Positions 27,623 through 39,252 of a stretch of DNA of 64,000 nt are shown one piece after another. Position 1 is the stretch's first letter; each line of letters opens with the position of its first letter. Source of the DNA: Eledone cirrhosa (lineage: Eukaryota); assembly GCA_964016885.1 (NCBI GenBank), contig OZ024753.1, positions 42,222,001-42,286,000 of the forward strand, given 5' to 3'. The position numbers were made by a program, and so were the translations under genes. A model generated the notes under the pieces. That model was not told where the DNA came from. It searched no databases and saw only the letters and a program-made list of their open reading frames with translations.

Positions 27623-29351
27623 GTAAGATAAATTATTATTTATTTTTTCTACAATATTCAGTCACTCCTTTTATACTTTTTCTACTGGTTTAGACTTAAG
27701 ACTCTGATCCTGCTGATACTGGAGTCCCATCTTAACCCTTTAGCATTAACATCAATATGAGCAGCAGGTTTTAAATGCTTAGGGGTTAAAGGAATTGAGT
27801 CAATCATATCGACCCCAGTGCTTATTTTATTGATTTCTCTTTTGTTGAACCTATAAGTTACAGGAAACACTCATATTTCTCTTTATTCTTTTACTGATTT
27901 CAATTATTAGACTGTGGCCATGCTGGGGTACTGCACTTGTTTTTTCTTTTTAAATCGATCATATTGACTACACTACTTATTCTATTTTATTATGTTTGAC
28001 ACTCGATAGAACATATGACTGTGTAAGATTACCTGTTATCTACAGTGTTGACACAGTTACATTACCAGAAGTACTTGTTATATAATGGATCACTTCCTAG
28101 TTAGATAATAAACTAAAATGTTAAACTATTTGCAGATCTTCCATTATTTAACACAGTTATTTACATCACTCCTCTCAAGAGAAGAAATATTTCCATGTTT
28201 TTCTTTGTTTCTATAACTTCAATGATTCTATCAATGTGTCACCATCAACAACACATTTAAAGCCATATTCTCTGCTAATGCAGGGGTTAATCTTGTGATC
28301 CCTCACTATTTTAAGACCATTTTCCTTTGTAAATCAGGGTTTAGCATTGTGGCAACCCCAATATTTTAAGGTCATTTTCCCTATTAAAGCAGGATTTATC
28401 CTTGTGCACCCTCAGCATTTTAAGGCCATTTTCCCTGCCAAAGCAAGGGTTATCTTTGTTGACCCCATGACAAGCGTCTCCATTTTACCCTATCCTCTGC
28501 ATCCCCCACACCCACAACACTTGACTTTCATTTCCTCTTTCATCATATTTTCTCATCATCGCCCCTTGTCATCTCATATCTGTACAACTGCAGTTATCTC
28601 CCTTAGTATTCCCACCTGATATTTCTAATTAACCAACCATTGAATCCACTCATTTGTGCTCTATCTACTATGAAGGTTAACATACTCCAACATATTGTAC
28701 TTGACTCATTTCTCTCCAGTTCTACAGATATAGTTACAGAGTAGTGAGACCTTTAACCATTGCCCCTGGTCCTGTGATTCAAAGCTGTATATTTTAATGT
28801 GTTTATATTTATCTAAAAACCTGTTGTAATGTAAAATCCTTTAAGTTATGTTCCAAACACCAGATAAGTAATGAAGAAGTTAGTTTAGAAGTTTTGTTTC
28901 ATCTAATGGGTCATCCTACTATTAAATTACTCTTGTGCACCAATCATTTTATGGCCATTTACTCTGCTAAAGTAGGGGATAGCTTTACAGATCCCATGCT
29001 GACAGGTTTCCTACTCATCATTTTTTGAAGCACTGTTCTATGGCCAGGTACCTTTTCTACTGCCACCATTTATAATCCCCTCTCACAACATTCAGGGGTA
29101 TGTTGCATCTATTTAAAACTGGCCATGTCTGGCCAGAATTCTCTCACCTCTTTCTTTTCAAACCGGCCTTAACTGGCCACTCATACTGACGTGAAGGTAT
29201 TCTTCAAAATAAATAATATCAAAATCTCATAAATTCGATATTATGTGAGGTAAAGCCTTTACTGTGAAAATATAATAGTATATACAGAGTTATGTAAATG
29301 CTAAATGGTTAAATATTTCTCTCTAACAAACTATTGCTGTTTGTTTTGAAG

Positions 29352-29555
29352 ATCTGCAGAGAAACAAGATAAGAAGAATAAGAAGAACAAATGCCAGCAG
29401 TCATCTAACAGCAACAACAACAACAGCAACAAAAATAAAAGTAATAAAGACATCTTGGCTACCACATCACCGTCTTCTTCCGACATGTCACCCTCTGACA
29501 AGAAAACTTTGGCACAAAAAAAATCAGATGCTCCCATTACATCTGGTCCCCTTGG
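29352..29555 (+). CDS. MLLT10: AF10 exon (RSAEKQDKKNKKNK...ITSGPLG); basic cluster, possible NLS
   Basis: ttttgaag|...GG|gtaaga; 204 bp, phase 2/2, open frame. Confidence 0.85.
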
Positions 29556-30079
29556 GTAAGATTGATTTATTGGTTTCAGTGGATGAAAGGGGTGTGATTA
29601 GAATGGGAGTCTGCAATAATGGGCATGTAGGACTTTGTGATTCAGGTCAACCTCCTTCAGGTACCATATGTCATACTCTGAGAGTTAGAGTTAGGATTAG
29701 GGGAGATTTTATGTCATACTGTGGGTATTAGATTTAGGATTAGGGGAGATCTTATGCCATACTGTGGGAGTTAGATTTAGGATTAGGGGAGATCTTATGC
29801 CATATTGTGGGTAATAGATTTAGGATTAGGGTAGATCACCCAAATTTTAAGTTAATTCTCTTATATTATGAATTACCTTTTTTTTCTAATGCTGATATAT
29901 CATTTAAAGAAAAGTGAGGAACTTTTGTTGTTTTAGATGAAAATAGAAAACAATTAGAAAGAGTAAAAAGAAAAACATAATATACATGTATATATATATG
30001 TATGTATGTATATATGTGTGTTTGGTGACAATCAGTAACAGCAATGATATATATTTATTTATTTTTTATTGTGTTACAG

Positions 30080-30171
30080 GAATCCTAATTATAATGTGTT
30101 TGGTGGTAGCCCTTATTTTCAAAGCTTAAGTGCATCTGGTCCTGTGTCAATTTCAGGTTTTAGCCAAACAA
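30080..30171 (+). CDS. MLLT10: AF10 exon (NPNYNVFGGSPYFQSLSASGPVSISGFSQT)
   Basis: ttacag|...A|gtaagt; 92 bp, phase 2 to 1. Confidence 0.85.
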
Positions 30172-30199
30172 GTAAGTCTATTTTAATACTGATGTTTTT

Positions 30200-30425
30200 A
30201 CTCTTTTACTGGTTTTAGTCATTAGACTGGGGCCATGCTGGGACACCACATTCTTTTACTGGCTTCAGTTGTTAGACTGGGGCCATGCTGGGACACCACA
30301 TTCTTTTACTGGCTTCAGTTGTTAGACTGGGGCCATGCTGGGACACTGCATTCTTTTACTGGTTTCAGTCATTAGACTGTTGCCATGCTGGGGCACCACA
30401 TTCTTTTACTGGCTTCAGACATTAG
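30200..30425. repeat. 50-bp tandem repeat, about 4.5 copies, SINE-derived
   Basis: tcttttactggcttcagttgttagactggggccatgctgggacaccacat. Confidence 0.9.
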
Positions 30426-30816
30426 AATGGCAACAGTGATGATGGTGATGACAGTATCAACAGCAGTTTTGTTTTGTGGGTTTTACGATGTAATCTTAAA
30501 ATTTGTTTCTGAACCTGAAACCTTAACTGTTCTTTGAGGTTCAACCATCATTATCATCAGCATCATTTTATGTCCACGTTCCAGGCTGGCGTGGGTTGGC
30601 TGGGTTGTCACAGTCTGCGACTGAGTGCATTTAATTATGGCACCAGCTCTAATTCTTTACAGAGTGTACTGGGTACATTACTAAAATAATTGTAAAAAAT
30701 ATGAAATGGAAAAAAAAAAATTACAAGCCACACCTAGGCAAGCTTAGTGTCATGTGATACAGGTCGTTAAGAGTTAATTAATTAATTAATTAATTATTCG
30801 TTATTTCTTTATTCAG

Positions 30817-30909
30817 ATCTGGAAAATAATGGTATTCTGGCAACATCGGTCATTACTGGTTCCCATTTAACTTCTACTTTAGAATCAAATACATCGCCAA
30901 ATCTCACTC
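30817..30909 (+). CDS. MLLT10: AF10 exon (NLENNGILATSVITGSHLTSTLESNTSPNLT)
   Basis: attcag|...C|gtaagt; 93 bp, phase 1/1. Confidence 0.85.
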
Positions 30910-31283
30910 GTAAGTAAAACTTTCTTCTTTCTTATACTTGATGAGATTTCATCTCAGAACAATAGCGTTCAATCACATCGTTTCTTTGGTCCAATTTGAC
31001 CAGTTTCCACTCCATTCTGTCAGCAAATGATGTCTGGGATCTTGTTGATCAATTCTTTTTGTAGTAATATAACTTTAAGAACCTTTAGGTTACAAATAAC
31101 TTAATAATACTTAATAATGAGAAAGTTTACTTTACTAAATCTTTCCAAATTCTTGATTATTTGAAGACCATAGGTTGTGCTTTTCCTTATAAATATGGTA
31201 ATGAAAAGGGTTAACTAAAATTTCCTTTTAATTTACTTATTCTTTCTCTAACTTAAAATGAATTTCTATTTTCTCTTCCACAG

Positions 31284-31395
31284 CTCCAACTTTAGCAAAT
31301 GAAGGGTCATCTCCTCTCAGCGTTGGCTGTCTTTTGGGACCACCTAAAATTTTCCCCTCAATTAACAATGAAAAATTAATAAATGAAAATGTAGG
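31284..31395 (+). CDS. MLLT10: AF10 exon (PPTLANEGSSPLSVGCLLGPPKIFPSINNEKLINENV)
   Basis: ccacag|...GG|gtaagt; 112 bp, phase 1 to 2. Confidence 0.87.
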
Positions 31396-31886
31396 GTAAG
31401 TAGCGATGTTTTACAATTCATCATCATTGTCATCGTCATCATCTGTTTTCCATATTGGCATGGGTTGGATGGGTTGTCACAGTCCAAGGTCAGACAGAGG
31501 GTAAGACCCATCTCATCTTGCTCATACGTTTAATATGGTTTCTACAACCAACCACTTTACAGAGTCTACTGGGTGTATTTTATTGTGACACCAGCACTAT
31601 CATTTCACAAAGTGTATTGTGTGTATTTTATTGTAGCACCAACACTACCACTTTACAGAGTGTATTGGGTGTATTTTATTGTAACACCAACACTACCACT
31701 TTACAGAGTGTACTGGGTGTATTTTATTGTGACACCAACATTAGAGTTTCTTTTAACTTGTTCACTGTTATTGATTAACATAAGTGGACATTAAACGATG
31801 ATGATGATATTTTTCTTCTGCTAATTTATATTTTGTATTAAAGTATTTATGAAATGCTCGGCTAATGTAGAGTTATTTCATTTCAG

Positions 31887-31978
31887 AAATGGACTTGTTC
31901 AGTCAATGGAACAGTTATTGGAGCACCAATGGGATTTGGGCTCTCAGTTTCTTATGGAACAGGGGCAACATTTTGACA
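31887..31978 (+). CDS. MLLT10: AF10 octapeptide-motif exon (NGLVQSMEQLLEHQWDLGSQFLMEQGQHFD)
   Basis: tttcag|...A|gtaagt; 92 bp, phase 2 to 1; matches AF10 OM (EQLLERQW..G.QFL.EQ). Confidence 0.95.
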
Positions 31979-32055
31979 GTAAGTCTTAATTTTTATCATC
32001 TTTTATTAAAGCTTTAAAGAAAAAATATTTAAATATATTTTTTTCTGTTAAGAAT

Positions 32056-32205
32056 GTTGTGAAAAGAAATGGAATAATGAGAGGGTTTGGTCATGTGTTA
32101 AGGAAGAATGAAAGTAATTGGGTGAAAGGAATGGTGCAAATAGAGCAAGTGATGGATGTTGTGAAAAGAAATGGAATAACGAGAGGGTTTGGTCATGTGT
32201 TGAGG
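32056..32205 (+). mobile_element. Short duplicated RTE-like LINE fragment in the OM/LZ intron
   Basis: two copies of gttgtgaaaagaaatggaataa.gagagggtttggtcatgtgtt, translating to MRGFGHVLR (cf. RLRWFGHVxR). Confidence 0.5.
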
Positions 32206-32297
32206 ATGACTGGAGCTTCTAAACTTGTGTAGGTATGAGTTGTAACAACAAATGTAACCATATAGTTGTTGTAAATTATATTCATTTTTCATTGCAG

Positions 32298-32533
32298 TTG
32301 CTTCTCTTCTGAGTTTCTTACATCAATTAAAAAGCGAAAACCAACGACTTGAAGACTGTATAAAATCATTAACAGCTCGCCGAGATCATCTACTTGCTTT
32401 AAATGCCCGCCTTGCATTACCATTAAATTCCCTCAATACAACACAGCTACTAGCAAAAGCTAGTGGCTCTCCCTCTGCTTTATTACAGCAACCTTATCAG
32501 AATCAAAGCTACACAGAATCAAACCTAGCTCAG
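32298..32533 (+). CDS. MLLT10: AF10 leucine-zipper exon (IASLLSFLHQLKSENQRLEDCIKSLTARRDHLLALNARL...), DOT1L-binding OM-LZ
   Basis: attgcag|...CAG|gtaatt; 236 bp, phase 1 to 0; heptad pattern matching AF10 LHQL..EN.RLE. Confidence 0.95.
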
Positions 32534-32564
32534 GTAATTGAAACCAGGTTCATTCTATTTTAAA

Positions 32565-32820
32565 CCCTTTTGATACAAAAAAACCTGGTGCTACCCCTGG
32601 TTCTACGACACAAAACTGTATACTTTAATGTGTTTGTATTTATTTGAAAACCTTCCGTCATAATTTATGTAAGAAGCTTTGTTAAGTTATGTTCCAAACA
32701 CCACCTAAATAATAAGAAAGGTGGTTATGTGACTAAATCCTTCCAAATTCTGAATTATTTAAAAAAATGGTTTGAAAATCATAGGCAGTGTGTTTCGTTA
32801 GAAATATAGTAACGAAAGGG
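32565..32820. mobile_element. piggyBac-like TTAA MITE family B; many decayed copies, e.g. near 9230-9465, 31060-31215, 34115-34385, 56650-57225
   Basis: CCCTTTTGATAC...GTAACGAAAGGG|TTAA; fills most of intron 32534-32904. Confidence 0.7.
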
Positions 32821-32904
32821 TTAAATATGATATTGTAATGTATCATAGATTTTACTTCCTTCTAAGTTTGTGTCAGTCTCTTGATTGTGAATTGTCTTTT
32901 CCAG

Positions 32905-32998
32905 GATAGCAGCAGCAACAGTCATACTCCATCACATCATAGCCCTGCTCAACAGCAATCATCTACTCCAGGACATACACATATATCAAGTCCAAATG
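32905..32998 (+). CDS. MLLT10: AF10 exon (DSSSNSHTPSHHSPAQQQSSTPGHTHISSPN)
   Basis: ttttccag|...G|gtaaac; 94 bp, phase 0 to 1. Confidence 0.85.
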
Positions 32999-33874
32999 GT
33001 AAACTAAGTCGTAACATGACTCGTACAGATTTATAGCAATATCTCTCTACTCCATCTTAACTTATTAAGTATTACATAGTCAAACTGCTGGGAAGGCATG
33101 TGGCTTAGAGATTAGGGTGATCAGATCCTAAATGTAAGGTCGTGAGTTCGATTGTCCCAAACTGGGCAGAGCCTTGTGTCCTTCAGTAAGACACTTTATT
33201 TCACATTGATCCAGTCCTCTTAGCTGGAAAAAAAAATGAGTTGCAACTACACTGACACCAAGCTGTATCAGCCTTTCACTTGGACATCATCATATATAGT
33301 GTGTATATATAGTGTATAGTGTGTATATATAATGTATAGTGTGTATATATGAGTTGCAACACCACTAGTGCCAAGCTTTATCAGCCTTTACGTTTCCCTT
33401 GGACATCATGTATAGTGGGTATAGTGTATAAATGAGCGGTGACTTCATTGGTGTCAAGCTGTATTGGCCTTTCTCTTGGACAACATTATATACGTAGTAT
33501 ATATACGCAGTGTATATATCAGTTACAATGACATTGGTGACCAGCTGTCTCGGTCTTTGCCATTTCCTTGGACAACACCATATATGGTGTATATATATAT
33601 ATATATATATTATGGATCTCTATATGTCGAATCGCTATGTTAGGAGACCTTACATAGCAGGATACAACATACACAATACCTAGGACAACACCATATATGG
33701 TATATATATATATATAAGCTGTGATGCCAAACTTTAACCAGTTCATATCTGTGTTATGATAATTCAAAATATACTTTATTTAAACAAGTTTAGTTAGAGT
33801 CAGTTTTTATCTGTTCTTCATTCTATATCGAAGCTATGTCATGTTTAACGAGCAAGATATTTTATACGTTGTAG

Positions 33875-34017
33875 GTTCATATCAAGGAGGAAGTAGCCAC
33901 AGTCTTCAACAGTCAGCTTGTAGCCCTGCACAAACCTCACGTAGTCGGTCTTCAAGTGTGCTAGTAGGATCAACATTGGACTCTTCTCGGCTTCAACGTG
34001 ACTTAGCTAATACTCCA
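33875..34017 (+). CDS. MLLT10: AF10 exon (GSYQGGSSHSLQQSACSP...RDLANTP)
   Basis: ttgtag|...CCA|gttagt; 143 bp, phase 1 to 0. Confidence 0.83.
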
Positions 34018-34663
34018 GTTAGTCATTTATATATATATATATATATAATTATAATTTTTATATTTGGTGTTTGTTTGGGCTTTTTTTTTTTATCAAGTTG
34101 GAACTGTTGTTTATAGTTTTTGTTACCGTATTTCTAATGAAAGACACTGCCTATGACTTTTCAAATGCATTTGAATATAAGAATTTGGACGGATTTAGTA
34201 AAATGAAAATTTGGAAGGATTGAGTATTGATATAACTTTCTTTTTATTAATCTGGTATTTAGAACATAAAGGTTCTTACATAAAATTATGATGGAAGGTT
34301 TTTAAATGTATATAAACTCTTTAAAAAAATGTATTGTATTGTAGAACCAGGACCTGTTTCAAGTGATTTGGTATCAAAAGGGTTAATCGTTTATTAACAT
34401 TCTAGATATTAGCAAACATCTCAACCCTTTTGATACCTACCCATCCAGGACCACCTCTAGTTCTATGAAACAAAATTTAATATATTGTTATAAAAAATTA
34501 TCTTGGAAGGTCTTAATTGATAAAAGAATCTTTTAAAATGGATGATTTTGTTTCATAGAACCCAAGCTGGTTTTGGTTGTGTTATTATCAGGAGTTAACA
34601 GTTATCCCTGTATTGATCTTATTGGTTATTTATTGATTAGTCCAACATTTTGAATTCCAATTG

Positions 34664-34854
34664 CCGTTTATACTTGAATATAAGCTGTTGACCCTCCTAT
34701 TTTATGTTGGAGATGGGCAAAAATTCAAACCCCGTTTATAAGCCAAGGCAGCTAATCAACACAGTGTTTAGATGGTGTATATAAGCCAACTTCTCATTTT
34801 ACCATCGATTTTTTTTTGGTCATATATTCCTCGGCTTATATTAGAGTATATACA
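34664..34854. mobile_element. Tc2/pogo-like MITE
   Basis: ccgtttatacttgaatataagc / gcttatattagagtatatacag termini. Confidence 0.6.
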
Positions 34855-34946
34855 GAAGATTTTCTTTCAATGAATTGTAAATCCAGAGCTATTTTTTGTA
34901 GATAATATTTTAATGATTTATAATTTTCTTTTTTTTGTTCGTCTAG

Positions 34947-35144
34947 GACCAGCATTCCCATCTAGTGTACCCCGGACTTCAACAGTCAACAGCATCACTC
35001 TCCCAGGGACCAATTCCAAGCTGTAAATCCACCAACTCTCCAGGCAGTCTAATATCAACTACATCATCTGCAGCATACAGTAGTTCAGAGGCACAGATTT
35101 CCAATAAAACAAGTCATGACACAAAAATCAAAGAAAAGTCCTGA
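34947..35144 (+). CDS. MLLT10: AF10 terminal coding exon (DQHSHLVYPGLQQ...DTKIKEKS*)
   Basis: long polypyrimidine tract + ctag|; 198 bp open to TGA 35142-35144; phase 0 fits the previous exon. Confidence 0.85.
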   Translation, partial: DQHSHLVYPGLQQSTASLSQGPIPSCKSTNSPGSLISTTSSAAYSSSEAQISNKTSHDTKIKEKS

Positions 35145-36042
35145 CATTATATATTTTAGGTCGATCTCGTTCCTATCTTAGTAAAACAACACAGCACCGA
35201 GTTTCATGGAGTTCTCCTGTTGCAGAACTCAGCTGGTTCCATTGGTTAACAATTATCACACCCTGGATTGGATTCTACTCTCAAAACTAATATATATTGT
35301 TTCTATTTTGAGCTGTATGCTGGACTGCTTTGTACCTTACAAAGCTCTGATGTTACCAACACTTCCTCAATAGGGGCCATACTAGTCAGTATCGTTGGTC
35401 TCTGTCAAAAGAAATAGAACAAGGTATTGTTTAGAATTCATTTACTGGACTTACTGGGAAAAAAAAAAATAATATATATTTTTTATCATATCAAAACTGT
35501 ACGATATGAGTTTCTACCTCCAACTTGGATTTTGTGAAATGGATATTTCTAACCTGGATCTCATACAATTTCTTTTTGTAGCCTGGCTCATTAGAGTAGA
35601 GCCTGTTACATTTATTTGCAACTGGTAGTTTTCTAGGAATGTGCATTATTTCAATCTACTGGTTGCTTTAAAAGGTATCTGTGCATGAAATAGTCAATTC
35701 CCCTGCATATTGTATATCTAACAACCATATCTTCTTTCTTGGTTGAAAAACAAAACTTCACCAAGTAGACTTATTGGCCAATTTTTTTTCTGTACAACAG
35801 GCAACTCAAATTGTTACGAGAATTTTATTAAGGAAAAAGAAAAAGAAAAATCATGATTAAATCTTTTAAGATTTAAAAAATTTTAAGTTTAAAAACTTGT
35901 GCAAAAATATTGATGTGGCTTGTTATAAAGTCTGAAAATTACAAAATTACTGTCATTTGCACATAAATTTCACAAGCAGGCTGTTCCATTGATTGTTGGT
36001 GAAAACAACTGGAACCCTCATTCTCAGAACCAACAGAGGTCC

Positions 36043-36085
<43 letters not shown>

Positions 36086-38766
36086 GAGTAGAAGAAAGAA
36101 TATTGGCCAAGATTCAGTGAATTTGTTTTGAACTATTGCTCTTCAGCTCATTCTGGATGTTTGTTACATCCATGTGGTTGATTCAACAGTGCACATTCTT
36201 CGTACAACCAAGTACCTCTTCTCAATAACTCCAGTGACATTATTAACAAGGACAGTTTCTCATTTATCTTTGTTTGTTATTCATCACATCATTATGAAAA
36301 TATCTGCTTCCTCATAACAGTCAGAATGCCAAAAATCTTCAGTGATATTGTTAATTACTATCAGAAGTAACAAAGCAATACCTCACCTAACTCAAATGGT
36401 GTGTATTATATTGTTAAACAGTACTTTATTTAACTGCTAGCTCTAAATCTCCTTCAGCTGTCAACATTAGTGGAATATATCCTATAATAACAGCAACAAT
36501 AACTATTTTTTTCTGCCACTAAAGCAGGAGATAGGCCACATAATAGGGTCTAGGGTCCTTTCTGAGCTGAGGCAATGTTTTACAGCTAGGGAGTATACCT
36601 GGTGGCAATCCATTTAATATATCCTATATACAGATATGGTGTTGAAGTGGCAGAGATGTTAAAACACTGGATATGATACATTATTTGTATTTGTTCTGTT
36701 TCTCTGTATTCTAAGTTCTAAATCTCACCGAGGTCAACTTTACCTTTCAGCCTTTTGAGGGTGATGAATAAATTACCAGCTCAATTCTGGAGTCGATACT
36801 TCTGTCTATTTCCTCTGGAAGAGATCAGCTTAGTTCTGATCTAGAGAGGGGATGGGCTCTGCCAAGTTTAAAAGGGCCAAGATATCGCCATGGTGTCCCT
36901 ACAACTTTGTGAACAAGAAGAGATATTTCAAACATGGGAAAATACACTGAAAATGGTCAGTTTTAGTTGAAATATTTAATCTTCTTGGTGTCACAGACAG
37001 GTAAATCCTGGAAGTTGATAATCACCACACCTGTAAAGATTGGACAGATACAAAGTAAAGTTAGTTATTGTTACAATATTACTGGTAATGGATTGGTAGA
37101 AACAGTAGTACACCAAACTAAAATACCTTCTGGTATTTACTTCCACCTCTCGACAGTCTGACAAGGTCAACTTTGCCTTTCGTCCATCTGGGGGTTCAAT
37201 AAAATAAAGTACCAGTGAGATAGTGGGGTTGATATAAATCGACTCCCCCTTCCCCTCTGACCCAGGTTTCTGGTTTTGTACTTAAATCAGGGATCATTCA
37301 CTTGGTATTTGTTCTGGCTCTTTACATTCTGAGTTCAGACCCATGTGGGGTTGATAAAACAGAGTACCAGTGGAATACTGGGGATTAAAATAATCGACCA
37401 TCACCCCACCACCCGTCTCCGAAAAAAATTGATGGCCTTGTGCCTAAGTCTGAAACCATTAATGTTGTTATTATTACTGAGAGATTTTGGGGTGATGGAT
37501 ATCGGTAGAGCGACGGGCAACGTGCTTTACAGCATAGTTACGGCCCTTTACGTTCTGAGTTCAAATCCCGTCTAGGTTAGCTTTGCCTTTCATCCTTATG
37601 GGGGGGGGGGTTGATAAAATAAAGTACCAGTAATACACTGGGGTCAATTTAATCGAATTCTCCCCCCCCCCTTCAAATTGCTGGCCTTGTGCCTAAAGTA
37701 GAAACAATTATTTTCTTTGTGGTTGATTGGCAGAATTGTTAGTGACATCATATGTCACTTCATATTCCGGGTTCAAATCCTACCAACCCTTTCATCTATC
37801 AGTGAATGGGGTGTGGGTGGTGGAGATAGCAATGTGTAGCAGTAATGTACTGAGGTCTCTAGAATTGACTGTTCTCTCGTTCTTCTGTCTCTAGCTAATC
37901 AATAACATTATCATTGTTATATGAAATACAACCCTTTCATCTATCAGTGAGTGGGGTGTGGGGGGTGGGTGGAGATAAACTAAGGTACCGGTAATGTACT
38001 GGGGGGGGTCACTGTAACATTATCATTGTTATGTGAAATGCAAATGTTCTCATCCATCCATGTCAATATTTTTATTTTATATTCCCTTCAACTATTTTAT
38101 GAATGCTTACTTTGTATATATATATATATATGTATATGTATACATGTATATATTTATATATATATGTATGCATGTATGTATATATGTATGTATACATCTA
38201 TATATATAGGTATGTATGTGTGTATATATATATGTATGGGTGTGTGTATATATGTATATATGTGTGAGTATGTATGTATGTCTGTATATATGTATATGTA
38301 TGTATGTATATATGTGTGTGTGAGTGTATATATGTATATATATATATATGTGTGTGAGTGTATATATGTATATATGTGTGTCTGTGATGAAACAAAATAT
38401 TGTTGATTTTTATGTTTTCTATTATGTATCCATTTGTGGGTGAAAGATTATGGTCATACAGTTTTTTGGGTGAAAGATTATGGTCATACAGTTTTTTGGG
38501 TGAAAGATTATGTTTATACACAGTTTTATGGGTGAAAGATGTTTCTACACATACCTTGCTTGAACTTCTGATTTTCGTCTGATATAAAGTGAGTCTCTAT
38601 TCTTTTCTTTTCCGCTAAAATCATGAAAAGAATTATAAAAAAATCATGAGAAGTTATGGCCTCGCCACACAACATAAATTCAACGTTCTCTAATGTTAAT
38701 GTCATTTAGACTTGTTCTTTCTTTAATCCTTGTTATATTGTAATATGATAGGACTGGGCCCTCTAA

Positions 38767-39252
38767 ACATCCAAGAAACCTCGTATGATATACAACCTTA
38801 TAGGAGGTCTGCTAAACCTATGTAGGTGTGAGATGTAACAACAACATCCAAGGAACCTCGTATGATATACAACCTTATAGGAGGTCTGCTAAACCTATGT
38901 AGGTGTGAGATGTAACAACAACATCCAAGGAACCTCGTATGATATACAACCTTATAGGAGGTCTGCTAAACCTATGTAGGTGTGAGATGTAACAACAACA
39001 TCCAAGGAACCTCGTATGATATACAACCTTATAGGAGGTCTGCTAAACCTATGTAGGTGTGAGATGTAACAACAACATCCAAGGAACCTCGTATGATATA
39101 CAACCTTATAGGAGGTCTGCTAAACCTATGTAGGTGTGAGATGTAACAACAACATGATAGGACTGGAGCCTCCATCATTAAAACATCCAAGGAACCTCGT
39201 ATGATATACAACCTTATAGGAGGTCAGCTAAACTTATGTAGGTGTGAGCTGT
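38767..39252. repeat. 77-bp tandem repeat, about 6 near-identical copies; monomer relatives near 12220-12300, 12570-12665 and 52070-52355
   Basis: catccaaggaacctcgtatgatatacaaccttataggagg... at 38845, 38922, 38999 and 39076. Confidence 0.93.

Noticed and set aside
32999-33036. Read-through of the AF10 donor giving a short alternative C-terminus (GKLSRNMTRTDL*)
   Set aside because: No nearby polyadenylation signal seen; downstream exons continue in frame.
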